Shown here: piece after piece, positions 10,072-19,609 of the stretch
How the letters are laid out: every line of letters begins with the position of its first letter
Numbering within the stretch: position 1 is the first letter of the stretch
From: Escherichia phage FL08
Sequence record: PP400785
Reading direction: 5' to 3' (one strand)
Length of the DNA: 64,000 nucleotides
Notes under the pieces: model-generated
Seen by the model: the letters and a program-made list of their open reading frames with translations, nothing else
Database searches by the model: none
Told to the model about the DNA's origin: nothing
Position numbers and translations under genes: made by a program

Positions 10072-10590
10072 TTAATAACCTCGGTCTTGACGAGCGAAAT
10101 TTTCAGCATTTTTCAGATAATAAAGTTTAAAGATTTCTTCTGCTGTAAGACCAAGACCTTGAAACATGTTCAGAACAAAATGGAGAATATCAATCATTTC
10201 GAATTTGATTTCTAACTGGTCCTGTGGAGACAAATCAGTAATCAGAGTTTCACGACGTTCACCATGCTGAGCTTTCCACGGCTTCCATACAGCAGATGCA
10301 TCTTTTTCGCCATTGCTCATACCACCAAGAGAAGTCAGAAGTTCGCGGAATTCATCATCAATATAATCTTTCTGATTACGCAGCCAATCAACAACTTCAC
10401 CTGCAGTAGCCAAATCATCAGGATGACGGTTATATTCAGGTTTATCTTTAGCTAAACGAACTTGCAGAGATTTCTGCATATCAAGCATTACCTGCAGCGG
10501 GTCTTTTTCATCACCGAGAATATCCCAATATTCATTTTGAGCTTTATCAGCGCCTTCGATCAGTTGACTACATTCGTTGAAATGTGGCAT
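10072..10590 (-). CDS. 56: dCTPase / dCTP pyrophosphatase (gp56, MazG-like)
   Basis: 172 aa; position between soc and 61; all-alpha MazG-like composition; T4 gp56 about 171 aa. Confidence 0.8.
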   Translation of the reverse strand: MPHFNECSQLIEGADKAQNEYWDILGDEKDPLQVMLDMQKSLQVRLAKDKPEYNRHPDDLATAGEVVDWLRNQKDYIDDEFRELLTSLGGMSNGEKDASAVWKPWKAQHGERRETLITDLSPQDQLEIKFEMIDILHFVLNMFQGLGLTAEEIFKLYYLKNAENFARQDRGY

Positions 10591-10591
10591 G

Positions 10592-11242
10592 TTATTTTTC
10601 CTTTCTTATGAAGTTTTCTATCATATGTCTATAGCAGATATTAGGATAACCTGCCTTGACAGCTATTTTATTAAATTTTGTGCGCTTAGGTCTATTATTA
10701 TAAACCCATAATTCATAAAGCGCATCATAACTATTCCATATTTCTCCTCGCCTAGGATTTGGTAAACCATATCGAGGTGAATTTTTACCGCTAAATCTTC
10801 CTTTTCGGGCTTTACTCATATTAGCCTTGGCTTCATCGGATATAATTTTACCTTTATGAGCTAGACGCATTTTGGCTTTAGTTTCTTCTGGGGTCTTTTT
10901 GCCTTTAATCCATGACGGCTTGCCATATCTAGGATTATTTTCACCCGAGAAAAGAACAGAGTTTTGGATTTTAAGGGTTTCTATTAATCTACTTGTTAAT
11001 TTAACACCTTTATTATATCGCATTAAATTTACAGCATAATGCAATCCTCTCACATCTGGATATATTTTAGTTAATAATCTATGAGCTATAAAATGCTCAC
11101 GCGCAGTTAACTCAACAAGATTGTTTTTGTCATCTGCTCCTCCTATACATCTAGGAATTATATGATGGCGTTCTTTATATCCGCCAAGATGCCGGCATTT
11201 AGCTTTTGTAATTAAAGCCGAGTAAATTTTTTGGTAATTCAC
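10592..11242 (-). CDS. HNH homing endonuclease (Mob-like)
   Basis: N-terminal HHIIPRCIGG...NLV.LT..EH..AH HNH motif; C-terminal NUMOD-like repeats (NPRYGK, SPRYGL). Confidence 0.8.
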   Translation of the reverse strand: MNYQKIYSALITKAKCRHLGGYKERHHIIPRCIGGADDKNNLVELTAREHFIAHRLLTKIYPDVRGLHYAVNLMRYNKGVKLTSRLIETLKIQNSVLFSGENNPRYGKPSWIKGKKTPEETKAKMRLAHKGKIISDEAKANMSKARKGRFSGKNSPRYGLPNPRRGEIWNSYDALYELWVYNNRPKRTKFNKIAVKAGYPNICYRHMIENFIRKEK

Positions 11243-11313
11243 ATATATCCTTTCAATTCATGGGTTAGTAGATTAATTATACAATAAATATATAAAAGCA
11301 ATAAGGAGGACAT

Positions 11314-11514
11314 ATGGTACAAAAATTAATGGCACTTGTTGATGCCATAAAAGGTAATAAAAAACGTATAGCTTTTACTATTTCTGCTATGGTAGGAATT
11401 TTACTCTGGAACTTTATTTTATCACCCATTGCAATTGCACATGGTATTAATATTCCAGTAGTTACTCTTGATACATTCGTAGATTTAGCATTTGCTTTAG
11501 TTGGGTTAATTTAA
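11314..11514 (+). CDS. small hydrophobic (membrane) protein, 66 aa
   Basis: Plus-strand ORF preceded by consensus Shine-Dalgarno (AAGGAGG, 5-nt spacer); two predicted TM segments. Confidence 0.5.
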   Translation: MVQKLMALVDAIKGNKKRIAFTISAMVGILLWNFILSPIAIAHGINIPVVTLDTFVDLAFALVGLI

Positions 11515-12539
11515 ATCTTAGCATATTTAGATAACCGCATTTTAGCCATCAACCCCTGTGCAATATTATTTTTCATATATTCCATAATTTGTTCAGGGGT
11601 TGCACCTTCCTTTCTAATCATATCATTAACATCTTTTGATTTCCAGGGAGATTTATCCCAAAACATAACCCTTTCTCCTGCATCAACTAATTTAGTCATT
11701 CGCTTGATAGTGTCAGGGTGACGAGGTTCATTATCTAAAACCCATACTCGTCTATCTTTAAATGGAACAACTTCTAGGTCTAATTGACCACCCGTAATAG
11801 CTATACCATTTTCAATAAAAAGCGAATCTATAGGTCCTTCTAGAACATATACATCACCGTCTTTAACTCGTTCGACTCCATATATTTTTGTTGCCTCAGG
11901 ATAAGCTTTAATGGTGATATATTTTTGAGGAGCATCTTTCTTTAATGCACGTCCTTGAAAAGACTCAGCTTTTCCATTAGCATTATAAATTGGAATAACA
12001 AGACGAGGCTCAGGTATTTCCTTTTTATATGTTCCCGGTGCTATGCTATTAACTAATTTAGGCCATTCGGTTGTAAACCAAAGATATTTCCATTTATCCT
12101 TTGGAATACAACGAGCTTTTACATATTTTATAATTGGATGGTCTTCCGCCAGTTTATCTAATCTAACACATGACGGAAGAGATTTAATTATTTTCTTCTC
12201 AGGTTGTTTAGGAAGTTCTTTAGGTTTTTCTACTGGACGACTTTTACCTTTTTCTTTTCTTATTTCAAAAATATACTCACGATATAAATCGGGTTCAAAC
12301 TCCTTTAAATATATTCCGATTGGTGCATGATAGTTACAGTTATAACAATGAATATTTCCTTCATTATTATCGCCATAATACCATCCACGGGCTTTATTTT
12401 GGTCGGTTTTTGAATCTCCACAAACAGGGCATCTAAACCGCAATTTAAAAGTTGAACTATTATTTACTTGTGTGAATTTAGGTAAATGAGCTAATGCACG
12501 GTATGCAAACTCATTATCAATCCAAGGTATTGATGACAT
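11511..12539 (-). CDS. 61: DNA primase (gp61)
   Basis: 342 aa; N-terminal zinc ribbon CPVCGDS...CYNC; TOPRIM-like core; T4 gp61 size. Confidence 0.9.
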   Translation of the reverse strand: MSSIPWIDNEFAYRALAHLPKFTQVNNSSTFKLRFRCPVCGDSKTDQNKARGWYYGDNNEGNIHCYNCNYHAPIGIYLKEFEPDLYREYIFEIRKEKGKSRPVEKPKELPKQPEKKIIKSLPSCVRLDKLAEDHPIIKYVKARCIPKDKWKYLWFTTEWPKLVNSIAPGTYKKEIPEPRLVIPIYNANGKAESFQGRALKKDAPQKYITIKAYPEATKIYGVERVKDGDVYVLEGPIDSLFIENGIAITGGQLDLEVVPFKDRRVWVLDNEPRHPDTIKRMTKLVDAGERVMFWDKSPWKSKDVNDMIRKEGATPEQIMEYMKNNIAQGLMAKMRLSKYAKI

Positions 12540-12541
12540 TT

Positions 12542-12706
12542 TTACTCTTCTTTTTCTTTAGATTCCTCTTTTTTCTTTTTAGGAATCTGTTCAGGACCTT
12601 TATTTACTACAGCGCCTGACGTTGTTCCAGTAGAGATATTTTCAGGATTACCACCTGAATCTCCAGCTACCATATCTTCTTTGATAAATTCTTTATATGT
12701 TTTCAT
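12542..12706 (-). CDS. small protein (54 aa) with capsid-targeting-sequence-like N-terminus
   Basis: Sub-threshold ORF exactly filling the 61-upstream gap; SD AGAGG; N-terminus MKTYKEFIKE resembles T4 CTS MKTYQEFIAE; Lys/Glu-rich tail. Confidence 0.4.
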   Translation of the reverse strand: MKTYKEFIKEDMVAGDSGGNPENISTGTTSGAVVNKGPEQIPKKKKEESKEKEE

Positions 12707-12707
12707 A

Positions 12708-13064
12708 TTAACCTCTATTCATAAAAGCATTAAAAATTTGGTCATCAATAGATGGTGCAGTAATATTTTCTGCATCATTTAGCAAATCATTAATTTCATC
12801 AGATAGCATAACACATGTACCTTTATTTCCTGTAATTGTTACTGCGCAATTACGAACGTTTTCTTTATTAAATTTTAGGTTAATATTTTCGTAATGAAAA
12901 TCCTTTAATGCTGAATATATTTTTAAAATAAAATTATCTTTTACTACAATAAACCCAACCTCACTATTAAAACGTGGTTCATGGAAACTGTAATAAACCT
13001 TTTCATCTATAAAATCGTATGAAATTTTTTCCATTTTTAAATATGAAAATTCAGAACTATACAT
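12708..13064 (-). CDS. hypothetical protein (118 aa)
   Basis: ORF in 61-41 interval. Confidence 0.45.
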   Translation of the reverse strand: MYSSEFSYLKMEKISYDFIDEKVYYSFHEPRFNSEVGFIVVKDNFILKIYSALKDFHYENINLKFNKENVRNCAVTITGNKGTCVMLSDEINDLLNDAENITAPSIDDQIFNAFMNRG

Positions 13065-13076
13065 ATTAACCTCTAA

Positions 13077-13370
13077 TTACTCACCTACCACTTCAGCGAT
13101 AATATTTTTATTATTAAAGTTTTTATCGCAATACAGAACATAATTATACTGCATTACACCACCAGACTTAAGCTGTTTTTGCACTTCGGCTTTCATTTCA
13201 GGACGATCACGCTCAACGATATTCATAATATCCGCTTCAATTTGAGTTTCAACTTCAGTCTGATCCGCAGTCATAGACCATTCACACAAATCTTTATCAT
13301 ATCCTGCCATAGCAGGCTGAGCAGCACAAGAAGCCAAAGCAAAAATTGTAGCAAAGATAAATTTTTTCAT
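13077..13370 (-). CDS. hypothetical secreted/periplasmic protein (97 aa)
   Basis: N-terminal signal peptide MKKFIFATIFALASCAAQPAMA. Confidence 0.5.
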   Translation of the reverse strand: MKKFIFATIFALASCAAQPAMAGYDKDLCEWSMTADQTEVETQIEADIMNIVERDRPEMKAEVQKQLKSGGVMQYNYVLYCDKNFNNKNIIAEVVGE

Positions 13371-13430
13371 GATAATCTCCTCAGTAGTTTATGTTTATAT
13401 AGTATCTCAATTTCCAATAAAAGTAAACAG

Positions 13431-13730
13431 TTATTTTAAAACTTCTGCGTAATCACATGTTACAAACTGTTTCTCTAGCTTAACGATCTTACGAAAATAC
13501 CTTTTACACTGACGAATCTGCCTCTTCGTAGGGCGAACAGCAAACTTAATAAATTCCACTCGACCAAATGGAGGGTTTTCTTCTGCTGGAATATCTAACA
13601 CCAATTCCCACATATCTGCAATAAGTGCTTTGAATTGCGTATTTTTCCTGACGTTATACGGAGTAGGTTTAAATAAAACAATATGCATATTATCCTCGGC
13701 AATCCACTTCACACACTTTCTTGTCATCAA
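13431..13730 (-). CDS. hypothetical protein (99 aa or shorter)
   Basis: ORF in 61-41 interval; overlaps upstream ORF so true start probably internal. Confidence 0.4.
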   Translation of the reverse strand: MMTRKCVKWIAEDNMHIVLFKPTPYNVRKNTQFKALIADMWELVLDIPAEENPPFGRVEFIKFAVRPTKRQIRQCKRYFRKIVKLEKQFVTCDYAEVLK

Positions 13731-13872
13731 TGAAAGCTTTAACTAATGCTTTATTAACTTCAGCATATTGAGTAGTAGCCCATTGAACGTCATCTTTCAT
13801 CATTGTGATTTCTTTAGTAAACATGCTTTCATTCTTAAACCACCCCATAAAAACTACCTTTACCAATTCCAT
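13690..13872 (-). CDS. possible Dmd-like antitoxin (60 aa)
   Basis: 60-aa ORF immediately downstream of gene 41, the position and size of T4 dmd (61.5); sequence identity not verified. Confidence 0.4.
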   Translation of the reverse strand: MELVKVVFMGWFKNESMFTKEITMMKDDVQWATTQYAEVNKALVKAFIDDKKVCEVDCRG

Positions 13873-13930
13873 AACAATCTCCTCATTTAACCAACAAGAC
13901 TACTATACCATAGTCTTGTCAGCTTGTAAA

Positions 13931-15358
13931 CTAAAATTTTAATTCATTTGCCAAAGCATCTAACTGAGCTCGAGTGGATTCATTTCTTTGATAACGATTC
14001 TGCTCAGCCTGAATCTGTTGTGAACCTGCTACTTCGTTCACTTCAGTTGGAGTAGAATCTTGTTCAATTTCTACCCATTTCTGATTTCCCTTTTGAACAC
14101 CCATCAAAAACTTATTCCATTTGTTCTTATCACCATATCGTGATTTGATTTGCTTAATGAGTTGTTGTTCAGCAGCTGCTAGCTCCTCGGTTTCAATGAC
14201 CGCAAGCATAAAATCGGCTGTTGCTGGAAGACCAGCAGATTCTGCAATATCGCTCATGTTAACATCGGAAGAGTCCCAAGCTTGTTTACCAACCTGTGCT
14301 GCAGTCCAAAGAACAGTTTCGGTTTCAACAGCCAGAGCACGCAATTCCTCGGCAATAGCTTTAACAGTTGTGTAACTATTTTCTGAATAAACTCTAATGC
14401 GGCAAGATTTACAAATACCTAGATAGTCGACAATAATGATTGTTGGAACAAAATTCTTCTTGAGCTTCAATTCGTTTAAAAGTGATCGAAATGTATTAGC
14501 GTCTGCTCCACCAGTAGGATACTGTTTAACGATTAAACGGCCGAGAGTAGATTTCTCACGCCATTTTTCCATTTTTCCTTTATATTCAGCGTAAGAAATA
14601 TGCCCATCATCAATGTCATCAAGAGAAACATCAAGCATGTTAGCGTCAATACGCTTAGCACAGACTTCTTCTGCCATTTCCATGGAAATATAAAGAACAT
14701 TATGTCCGAGCTGTAAATAATCTGCCGCTAATGAACACAATCCTAATGATTTACCAACGTTAACGCCAGCCATTAAAACGTTCAGTGTTCCAGTTTCAGC
14801 TCCGCCTTTCGTAATTTTGTTTAGAATTCTGAGTTTAAATGGAACCTTACGAGCTTTATTCATATAAGATAGCCAACGCGCTTCATAGTCATCCATCCAA
14901 TCATGACCAACGTAGCTATCAAATGAAATTGATAATGCTTGGCGCATGATGTCAGGAATAGCACCTACATCTGGCATTTTCTTATTTCGTTTTTCCGGAG
15001 GAAGCTCAGCATTAGTTTGAATTTCGATTATTTTAGACGTAGCATTAAACATCGCCCTTTGCTGAACATATTTTTCTGTTTCTTTTACTAACCAGCTGTG
15101 GTCTTCTGGAGAATCAGCCAGTTTTGAAATAAGTGTTTTTACACCAGAATATTCTGTTTCAGTAAATGAACTATTTTCTAATGCAACATTTAACGCATTA
15201 ATAGATGGAACGCTATGATACTCATTAACATGAGATTTAATTAATTTGAATGTATTTTTAGCTGGACCACTTTCAAAATATTCTGAATCCATATATGGCC
15301 AAACTTTTGAAAAATAAGCTTGATCAAATATGAGATGAGAAAGAATAATTTCTACCAC
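13931..15358 (-). CDS. 41: replicative DNA helicase (gp41, DnaB-like)
   Basis: 475 aa; Walker A GVNVGKS; T4 gp41 size and neighbourhood. Confidence 0.9.
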   Translation of the reverse strand: MVEIILSHLIFDQAYFSKVWPYMDSEYFESGPAKNTFKLIKSHVNEYHSVPSINALNVALENSSFTETEYSGVKTLISKLADSPEDHSWLVKETEKYVQQRAMFNATSKIIEIQTNAELPPEKRNKKMPDVGAIPDIMRQALSISFDSYVGHDWMDDYEARWLSYMNKARKVPFKLRILNKITKGGAETGTLNVLMAGVNVGKSLGLCSLAADYLQLGHNVLYISMEMAEEVCAKRIDANMLDVSLDDIDDGHISYAEYKGKMEKWREKSTLGRLIVKQYPTGGADANTFRSLLNELKLKKNFVPTIIIVDYLGICKSCRIRVYSENSYTTVKAIAEELRALAVETETVLWTAAQVGKQAWDSSDVNMSDIAESAGLPATADFMLAVIETEELAAAEQQLIKQIKSRYGDKNKWNKFLMGVQKGNQKWVEIEQDSTPTEVNEVAGSQQIQAEQNRYQRNESTRAQLDALANELKF

Positions 15359-15367
15359 ACTTACTCC

Positions 15368-15730
15368 TTAAAAGAATTTAAATTTTTTCTTTGACCTTTT
15401 ATTAAATGCATCTTGTAGTTGCATTGTAATACATTTTTCTACATGAGGAGCTAACTCAGCTTTTCTTTCTTGGTCAAGAACAGCAAAGTCCATTACGACT
15501 TTTCCATCAACCCAATCTAATTTTGTCACATACACAATGTGTGTAGAACCATCTTCTAGTTTAATGACAATCTCCTGGATAACATTTTCCATAGCAGATT
15601 TAATTATCTTAAGAGACTCATTAAAAAGACGTTCTTTTCTTTCTTCTTCCCCCTCCGAAGAGGGGGATTCATCGATAATTTCTAGATCTAAATCTAAATC
15701 ATCTTTATTCATTAAATTCTTCCATATCAC
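15368..15730 (-). CDS. 40: head vertex assembly chaperone (gp40)
   Basis: 120-aa acidic ORF between uvsX and 41 as in T4. Confidence 0.55.
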   Translation of the reverse strand: MIWKNLMNKDDLDLDLEIIDESPSSEGEEERKERLFNESLKIIKSAMENVIQEIVIKLEDGSTHIVYVTKLDWVDGKVVMDFAVLDQERKAELAPHVEKCITMQLQDAFNKRSKKKFKFF

Positions 15731-16886
15731 TTAACTGCTCGAGGTCAGTTTCTAAATCAGATGCTGATTTACTTTTACTTTCTGGAGATTTAAATTTTTC
15801 AACCTTTGAGTTAATCAATTCATCAACTTCAGCTTCAACAATTTCATTGCTATCAATAGCACCTAACTGATAAGCACGTTTAATAGCATCTCGGAATGGT
15901 TGATGCTTAAATAAAGGACCCCAGAATGTAGTGCAGTTGGTATCTTTTGCACGCCAAGATTTTTCTTCGCGAATCATCTCACCGGTTTCTTCATCAAGAA
16001 ATTCACGGGCATACCAGCCATTTTTAGGTTTTACCACGAATCCTAATTCTAGAGCCATATCTAACAATCCAGAATAAGGATCGATACCACCGTCAAATTT
16101 AACATCAATAAAGAATTTACTTTTTTCTTTAACGGTACGAGATTTTTCTACATTTAGAACAAATTGATACCCCTGAAGATCAGAACCATCTTTAATCTGG
16201 CGTTTACCGATAATGAATACGGTATCAGCCGAATACATTACGCCTGTACCACCTGTCATCACGGTTTTACTAAACATTTCAATTGTTTCAATTGTATGGT
16301 TAACCGCAACACATGGAATATTTTTAATGCTAAAATAAGGAGTAACAATACGGAATAATGACTTCAGTGATTTAGCACGAGTCATATCTGCCACAGATTT
16401 TTCATTCAAGGCATCTTCCGTTTCTTTCTTAGAAGCCATATTACCGATTGAGTCGATGAATACAATAACCTTTTCACCACGCTCAATAGCTTCAAGCTGA
16501 TTCACCATGTCAATTTTCAGTTGTTCAACTGACTGGATTGGTGTATGAATTACTCGTTCCGGGTCAACTCCCATGGATCGCAAATAAGCTGGAGTAATAC
16601 CAAATTCGCTATCATAGAATAGACAAACCGCGTCAGGATATTTGTTCAAATATGCCGCAACCATAGTCAAAGACATATTTGATTTAAAGTGTTTAGAAGG
16701 CCCTGCGAAAATAGTTAAACCAGACTGCATGCCGCCATCAATCGCACCAGAAATAGCAATATTAAGCATTGGGATTTTTGTACGGATTACATCCTTTTCA
16801 TTAAAGAATTTAGATGTAGTCAGTTCAGCAGTCATTTTAGAAGTGGAAGCTTTAATCAAACGGGATTTTAAATCTGCAATAGACAT
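15705..16886 (-). CDS. uvsX: UvsX recombinase (RecA/Rad51 family)
   Basis: 393 aa; Walker A GPSKHFKS; long stretches recognisable as T4 UvsX. Confidence 0.9.
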   Translation of the reverse strand: MSIADLKSRLIKASTSKMTAELTTSKFFNEKDVIRTKIPMLNIAISGAIDGGMQSGLTIFAGPSKHFKSNMSLTMVAAYLNKYPDAVCLFYDSEFGITPAYLRSMGVDPERVIHTPIQSVEQLKIDMVNQLEAIERGEKVIVFIDSIGNMASKKETEDALNEKSVADMTRAKSLKSLFRIVTPYFSIKNIPCVAVNHTIETIEMFSKTVMTGGTGVMYSADTVFIIGKRQIKDGSDLQGYQFVLNVEKSRTVKEKSKFFIDVKFDGGIDPYSGLLDMALELGFVVKPKNGWYAREFLDEETGEMIREEKSWRAKDTNCTTFWGPLFKHQPFRDAIKRAYQLGAIDSNEIVEAEVDELINSKVEKFKSPESKSKSASDLETDLEQLSDMEEFNE

Positions 16887-16963
16887 TCATTTTTTCCATA
16901 GGCATCATTATATTTTCCTCACTGGTTAAAGATAGAGTAATTATAACACAATAAATTTAGGCA

Positions 16964-17812
16964 TTAATCAACTGCTATCGGATGAATAGCATTAAACTTA
17001 TGAAATGCTTCTGATTTTTCTTTACGCGAAACACACATGCGAAGAACCTTTAATGGCTCGTCTTCTTCACCCAACGATTTTCGTTTTTCAATATTAGAAG
17101 TTTTCCAACGAGCTTGTTCTGGAAACTCTCTATTGATTTGCTCAAGCGCTCTATTATGTTTAGAATTACTACGAATTGAACTGCACCCGCCAGGAGCTTG
17201 TGCTTTTCCAGATACAACCAGATATTTGAACAAGGCCAAATGCGGATAACCTTGATTAATTAAATTGAGAAATGCATACATATCTTCGCATAAATCAATT
17301 TTTCCATACCCAATTTGTTCTGTCGTAAGTTTTCCGAGGTCATACCATGTATTCGTGAATCCATATGAATTTTCACGATAATTACCCCAAGATGAAGTAA
17401 TTTTAAAAATAGGTAGACGAGCATGACCATGATAATACCCGCAATCCATGGCATCCTCAACATATTGAATCAATTCATAGAACTGTTCACGAGTCAATTG
17501 ATTGACTTTATCTACACAACGACGATCATCTCTTTTTCGCATTGAACTCATACGAATAGTAGTATCATCGTCAATCATCCAGATTCGTTGACCTGCATAC
17601 ATATCAGTAATTGCTTTACGAGTACCGGCAATTCCATTTACATCATCAGGAATAGTTATAATTTTAGCTCTAGACCCATAGGCATCATAATAAGCTTTTT
17701 CTTCGTGTTCACGTACTACAATATGTGGTTCATAATCAGTCGGAAACATATCAAGGGCAGAAACTGCCCCTACACGTTGATAGCTTGGAATTACGAATTG
17801 AATCATTTCCAC
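16964..17812 (-). CDS. glycosyltransferase with DxD motif at the bgt locus (possible T2/T6-type beta-glucosyl-HMC-alpha-glucosyltransferase)
   Basis: 282 aa; WMIDDDT DxD motif; lies between uvsX and 42 where T4 has 351-aa bgt, but does not resemble T4 Bgt. Confidence 0.5.
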   Translation of the reverse strand: MEMIQFVIPSYQRVGAVSALDMFPTDYEPHIVVREHEEKAYYDAYGSRAKIITIPDDVNGIAGTRKAITDMYAGQRIWMIDDDTTIRMSSMRKRDDRRCVDKVNQLTREQFYELIQYVEDAMDCGYYHGHARLPIFKITSSWGNYRENSYGFTNTWYDLGKLTTEQIGYGKIDLCEDMYAFLNLINQGYPHLALFKYLVVSGKAQAPGGCSSIRSNSKHNRALEQINREFPEQARWKTSNIEKRKSLGEEDEPLKVLRMCVSRKEKSEAFHKFNAIHPIAVD

Positions 17813-18543
17813 TCACCGTTATAATCTTTTTTCACAATATGAGTTTCGCCAGTATTCCACCAATGATCAACCAAGTAAAAATGACGAGAATATACATGAA
17901 GACTTCCAACATTCCATATAATAGAACCTGCTTTATACTGACGAGTTGAATCGCCTGCATTCAAATCAGATACTAATTTATCTAATACGTATTTTTGCCA
18001 TGCATAATCATTACGGAATCCGAAGACCACGTCATTTGAGCGCATGCTTACTACTGCATTGACTTTCTTATCACGAATCAGGTACTGTACTGTATTCGTA
18101 CACATGAAATCTGACATACCATCTTTATTGTAGTCAAATTGCATGGATGGACGAGTATAAATCATGATACCACGTCGAGAATCAGGATTTTGACCAAGTT
18201 CAGCTAAACACATATCATACTGGGCATAGTTATCTTCTGACCAGATAGCCCAGCCATAATTCGAGTTAATTTCACCTTTAGAAGATGCTACTTGTTGCCA
18301 AATCTTCGGTGTTTCACCCGGAATATCTTTAACAAACAGACTTTGAGACTTGTACCATTCAAGTTCACGCTGAATGTATTCATCATTAAGAGCGCCAAAA
18401 ATAAACGGTTCATCTGCTACAAATGATGCGCCAATAATTTCAATAGTTTTAACGCCAGTTTTATCAACTACGAAATCTTTTTCTTTTAATGCAAGCCCCA
18501 AATGAAGACGGATTTCTTCAACTGTCATAGAGTCACTAATCAT
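17803..18543 (-). CDS. 42: dCMP hydroxymethylase (gp42)
   Basis: 246 aa (T4 gp42 size); thymidylate-synthase-like sequence. Confidence 0.9.
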   Translation of the reverse strand: MISDSMTVEEIRLHLGLALKEKDFVVDKTGVKTIEIIGASFVADEPFIFGALNDEYIQRELEWYKSQSLFVKDIPGETPKIWQQVASSKGEINSNYGWAIWSEDNYAQYDMCLAELGQNPDSRRGIMIYTRPSMQFDYNKDGMSDFMCTNTVQYLIRDKKVNAVVSMRSNDVVFGFRNDYAWQKYVLDKLVSDLNAGDSTRQYKAGSIIWNVGSLHVYSRHFYLVDHWWNTGETHIVKKDYNGEWK

Positions 18544-18696
18544 TTAAACCTCAATTGATACATTCATATTTAACTTGTAACAGTAATAAACCCCACCCTA
18601 TGATAAGAGTTGGAATCATAGCAGGAACTGTTACGCTATAGTATATACTTATTATAACCATCAAGATTAAAAGCAACACTGTTATAATTTTGCTTT

Positions 18697-18948
18697 TCAT
18701 TCCTTCTCTCTGATGATAATTACCTGATTTGGTTGTGCAGACTTTTTAGTTTCACCCGCAATTGACCAAATAAATGTAATAAACCAACCAATAATTGACC
18801 AGTTAAACAGTAAAGACGTGAAAAAGATTCCTACTGTAGATTTTGACCCACGCATCAAGGCGATAAACCATGGAAGCATGTATATAATAATAGCCAACAC
18901 ACCTGAAACTAAAACCATAAAAATTGAACCTGCTACTAAAGTTTCCAT
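18697..18948 (-). CDS. imm: superinfection immunity protein Imm
   Basis: 83-aa two-TM membrane protein between 42 and 43; T4 Imm is 83 aa. Confidence 0.75.
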   Translation of the reverse strand: METLVAGSIFMVLVSGVLAIIIYMLPWFIALMRGSKSTVGIFFTSLLFNWSIIGWFITFIWSIAGETKKSAQPNQVIIIREKE

Positions 18949-18955
18949 GTTTTCC

Positions 18956-19336
18956 TCACTTAGTCAAATTTTTTACACATGAATTATAAGAATTCACTAC
19001 ATACTCCATCGGAGCATTTTTACCAGTACGCCATTGGTAATTATTAGCCCAATTAGCCCAAATTTCGGCGCAGTAGTTTTCAATTTTTTCTTCGCGTGTA
19101 ATTACATCTGAATTACGATATGCTTGAGCAGATTCATCTGGACGAATAGCTTCGTCAAAATTCGCCTGCATTTGTTCTACTGTTTGCTTTGGAGCTTCTT
19201 TATAACACTTGACATTAGGATTATAAAATTTGCTTGAACAGTTTACAATTTTTCCTGCATCAGACTGATTTACTACCGGTCCTTGAGCTACACAACCAGT
19301 AAGACCTAATGCAATAACCAAAATAGCGATTTTCAT
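18956..19336 (-). CDS. putative lipoprotein (imm.1 position)
   Basis: Signal peptide with lipobox LTGC at N-terminus. Confidence 0.5.
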   Translation of the reverse strand: MKIAILVIALGLTGCVAQGPVVNQSDAGKIVNCSSKFYNPNVKCYKEAPKQTVEQMQANFDEAIRPDESAQAYRNSDVITREEKIENYCAEIWANWANNYQWRTGKNAPMEYVVNSYNSCVKNLTK

Positions 19337-19346
19337 AATAATTTCC

Positions 19347-19583
19347 TCAAATGCAAGTAGTAATTACTCCAGTAGTGCTTATGCAGGTATTACCCATTTG
19401 CACACCTAAAGATCCATTTGTATTCACATGAAGATTATCATCAATTTTAACTGATATTTTACCATTAGTGTGAATAACGGTGCTAGATTCAATCACAGGT
19501 TGAGTATCATTTTCAACACTAACAAATGGAACTGCTGCTAATGCAACTAAACAAACTGCTAAGCATCCCATAACAATTTTCAT
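19347..19583 (-). CDS. small secreted protein (78 aa)
   Basis: Start moved to ATG (MKIVMG) preceded by GGAG; signal peptide; track start is a TTG inside the promoter leader. Confidence 0.45.
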   Translation of the reverse strand: MKIVMGCLAVCLVALAAVPFVSVENDTQPVIESSTVIHTNGKISVKIDDNLHVNTNGSLGVQMGNTCISTTGVITTCI

Positions 19584-19609
19584 TTTATTCTCCAAATCCG
19601 TATTAGTTG

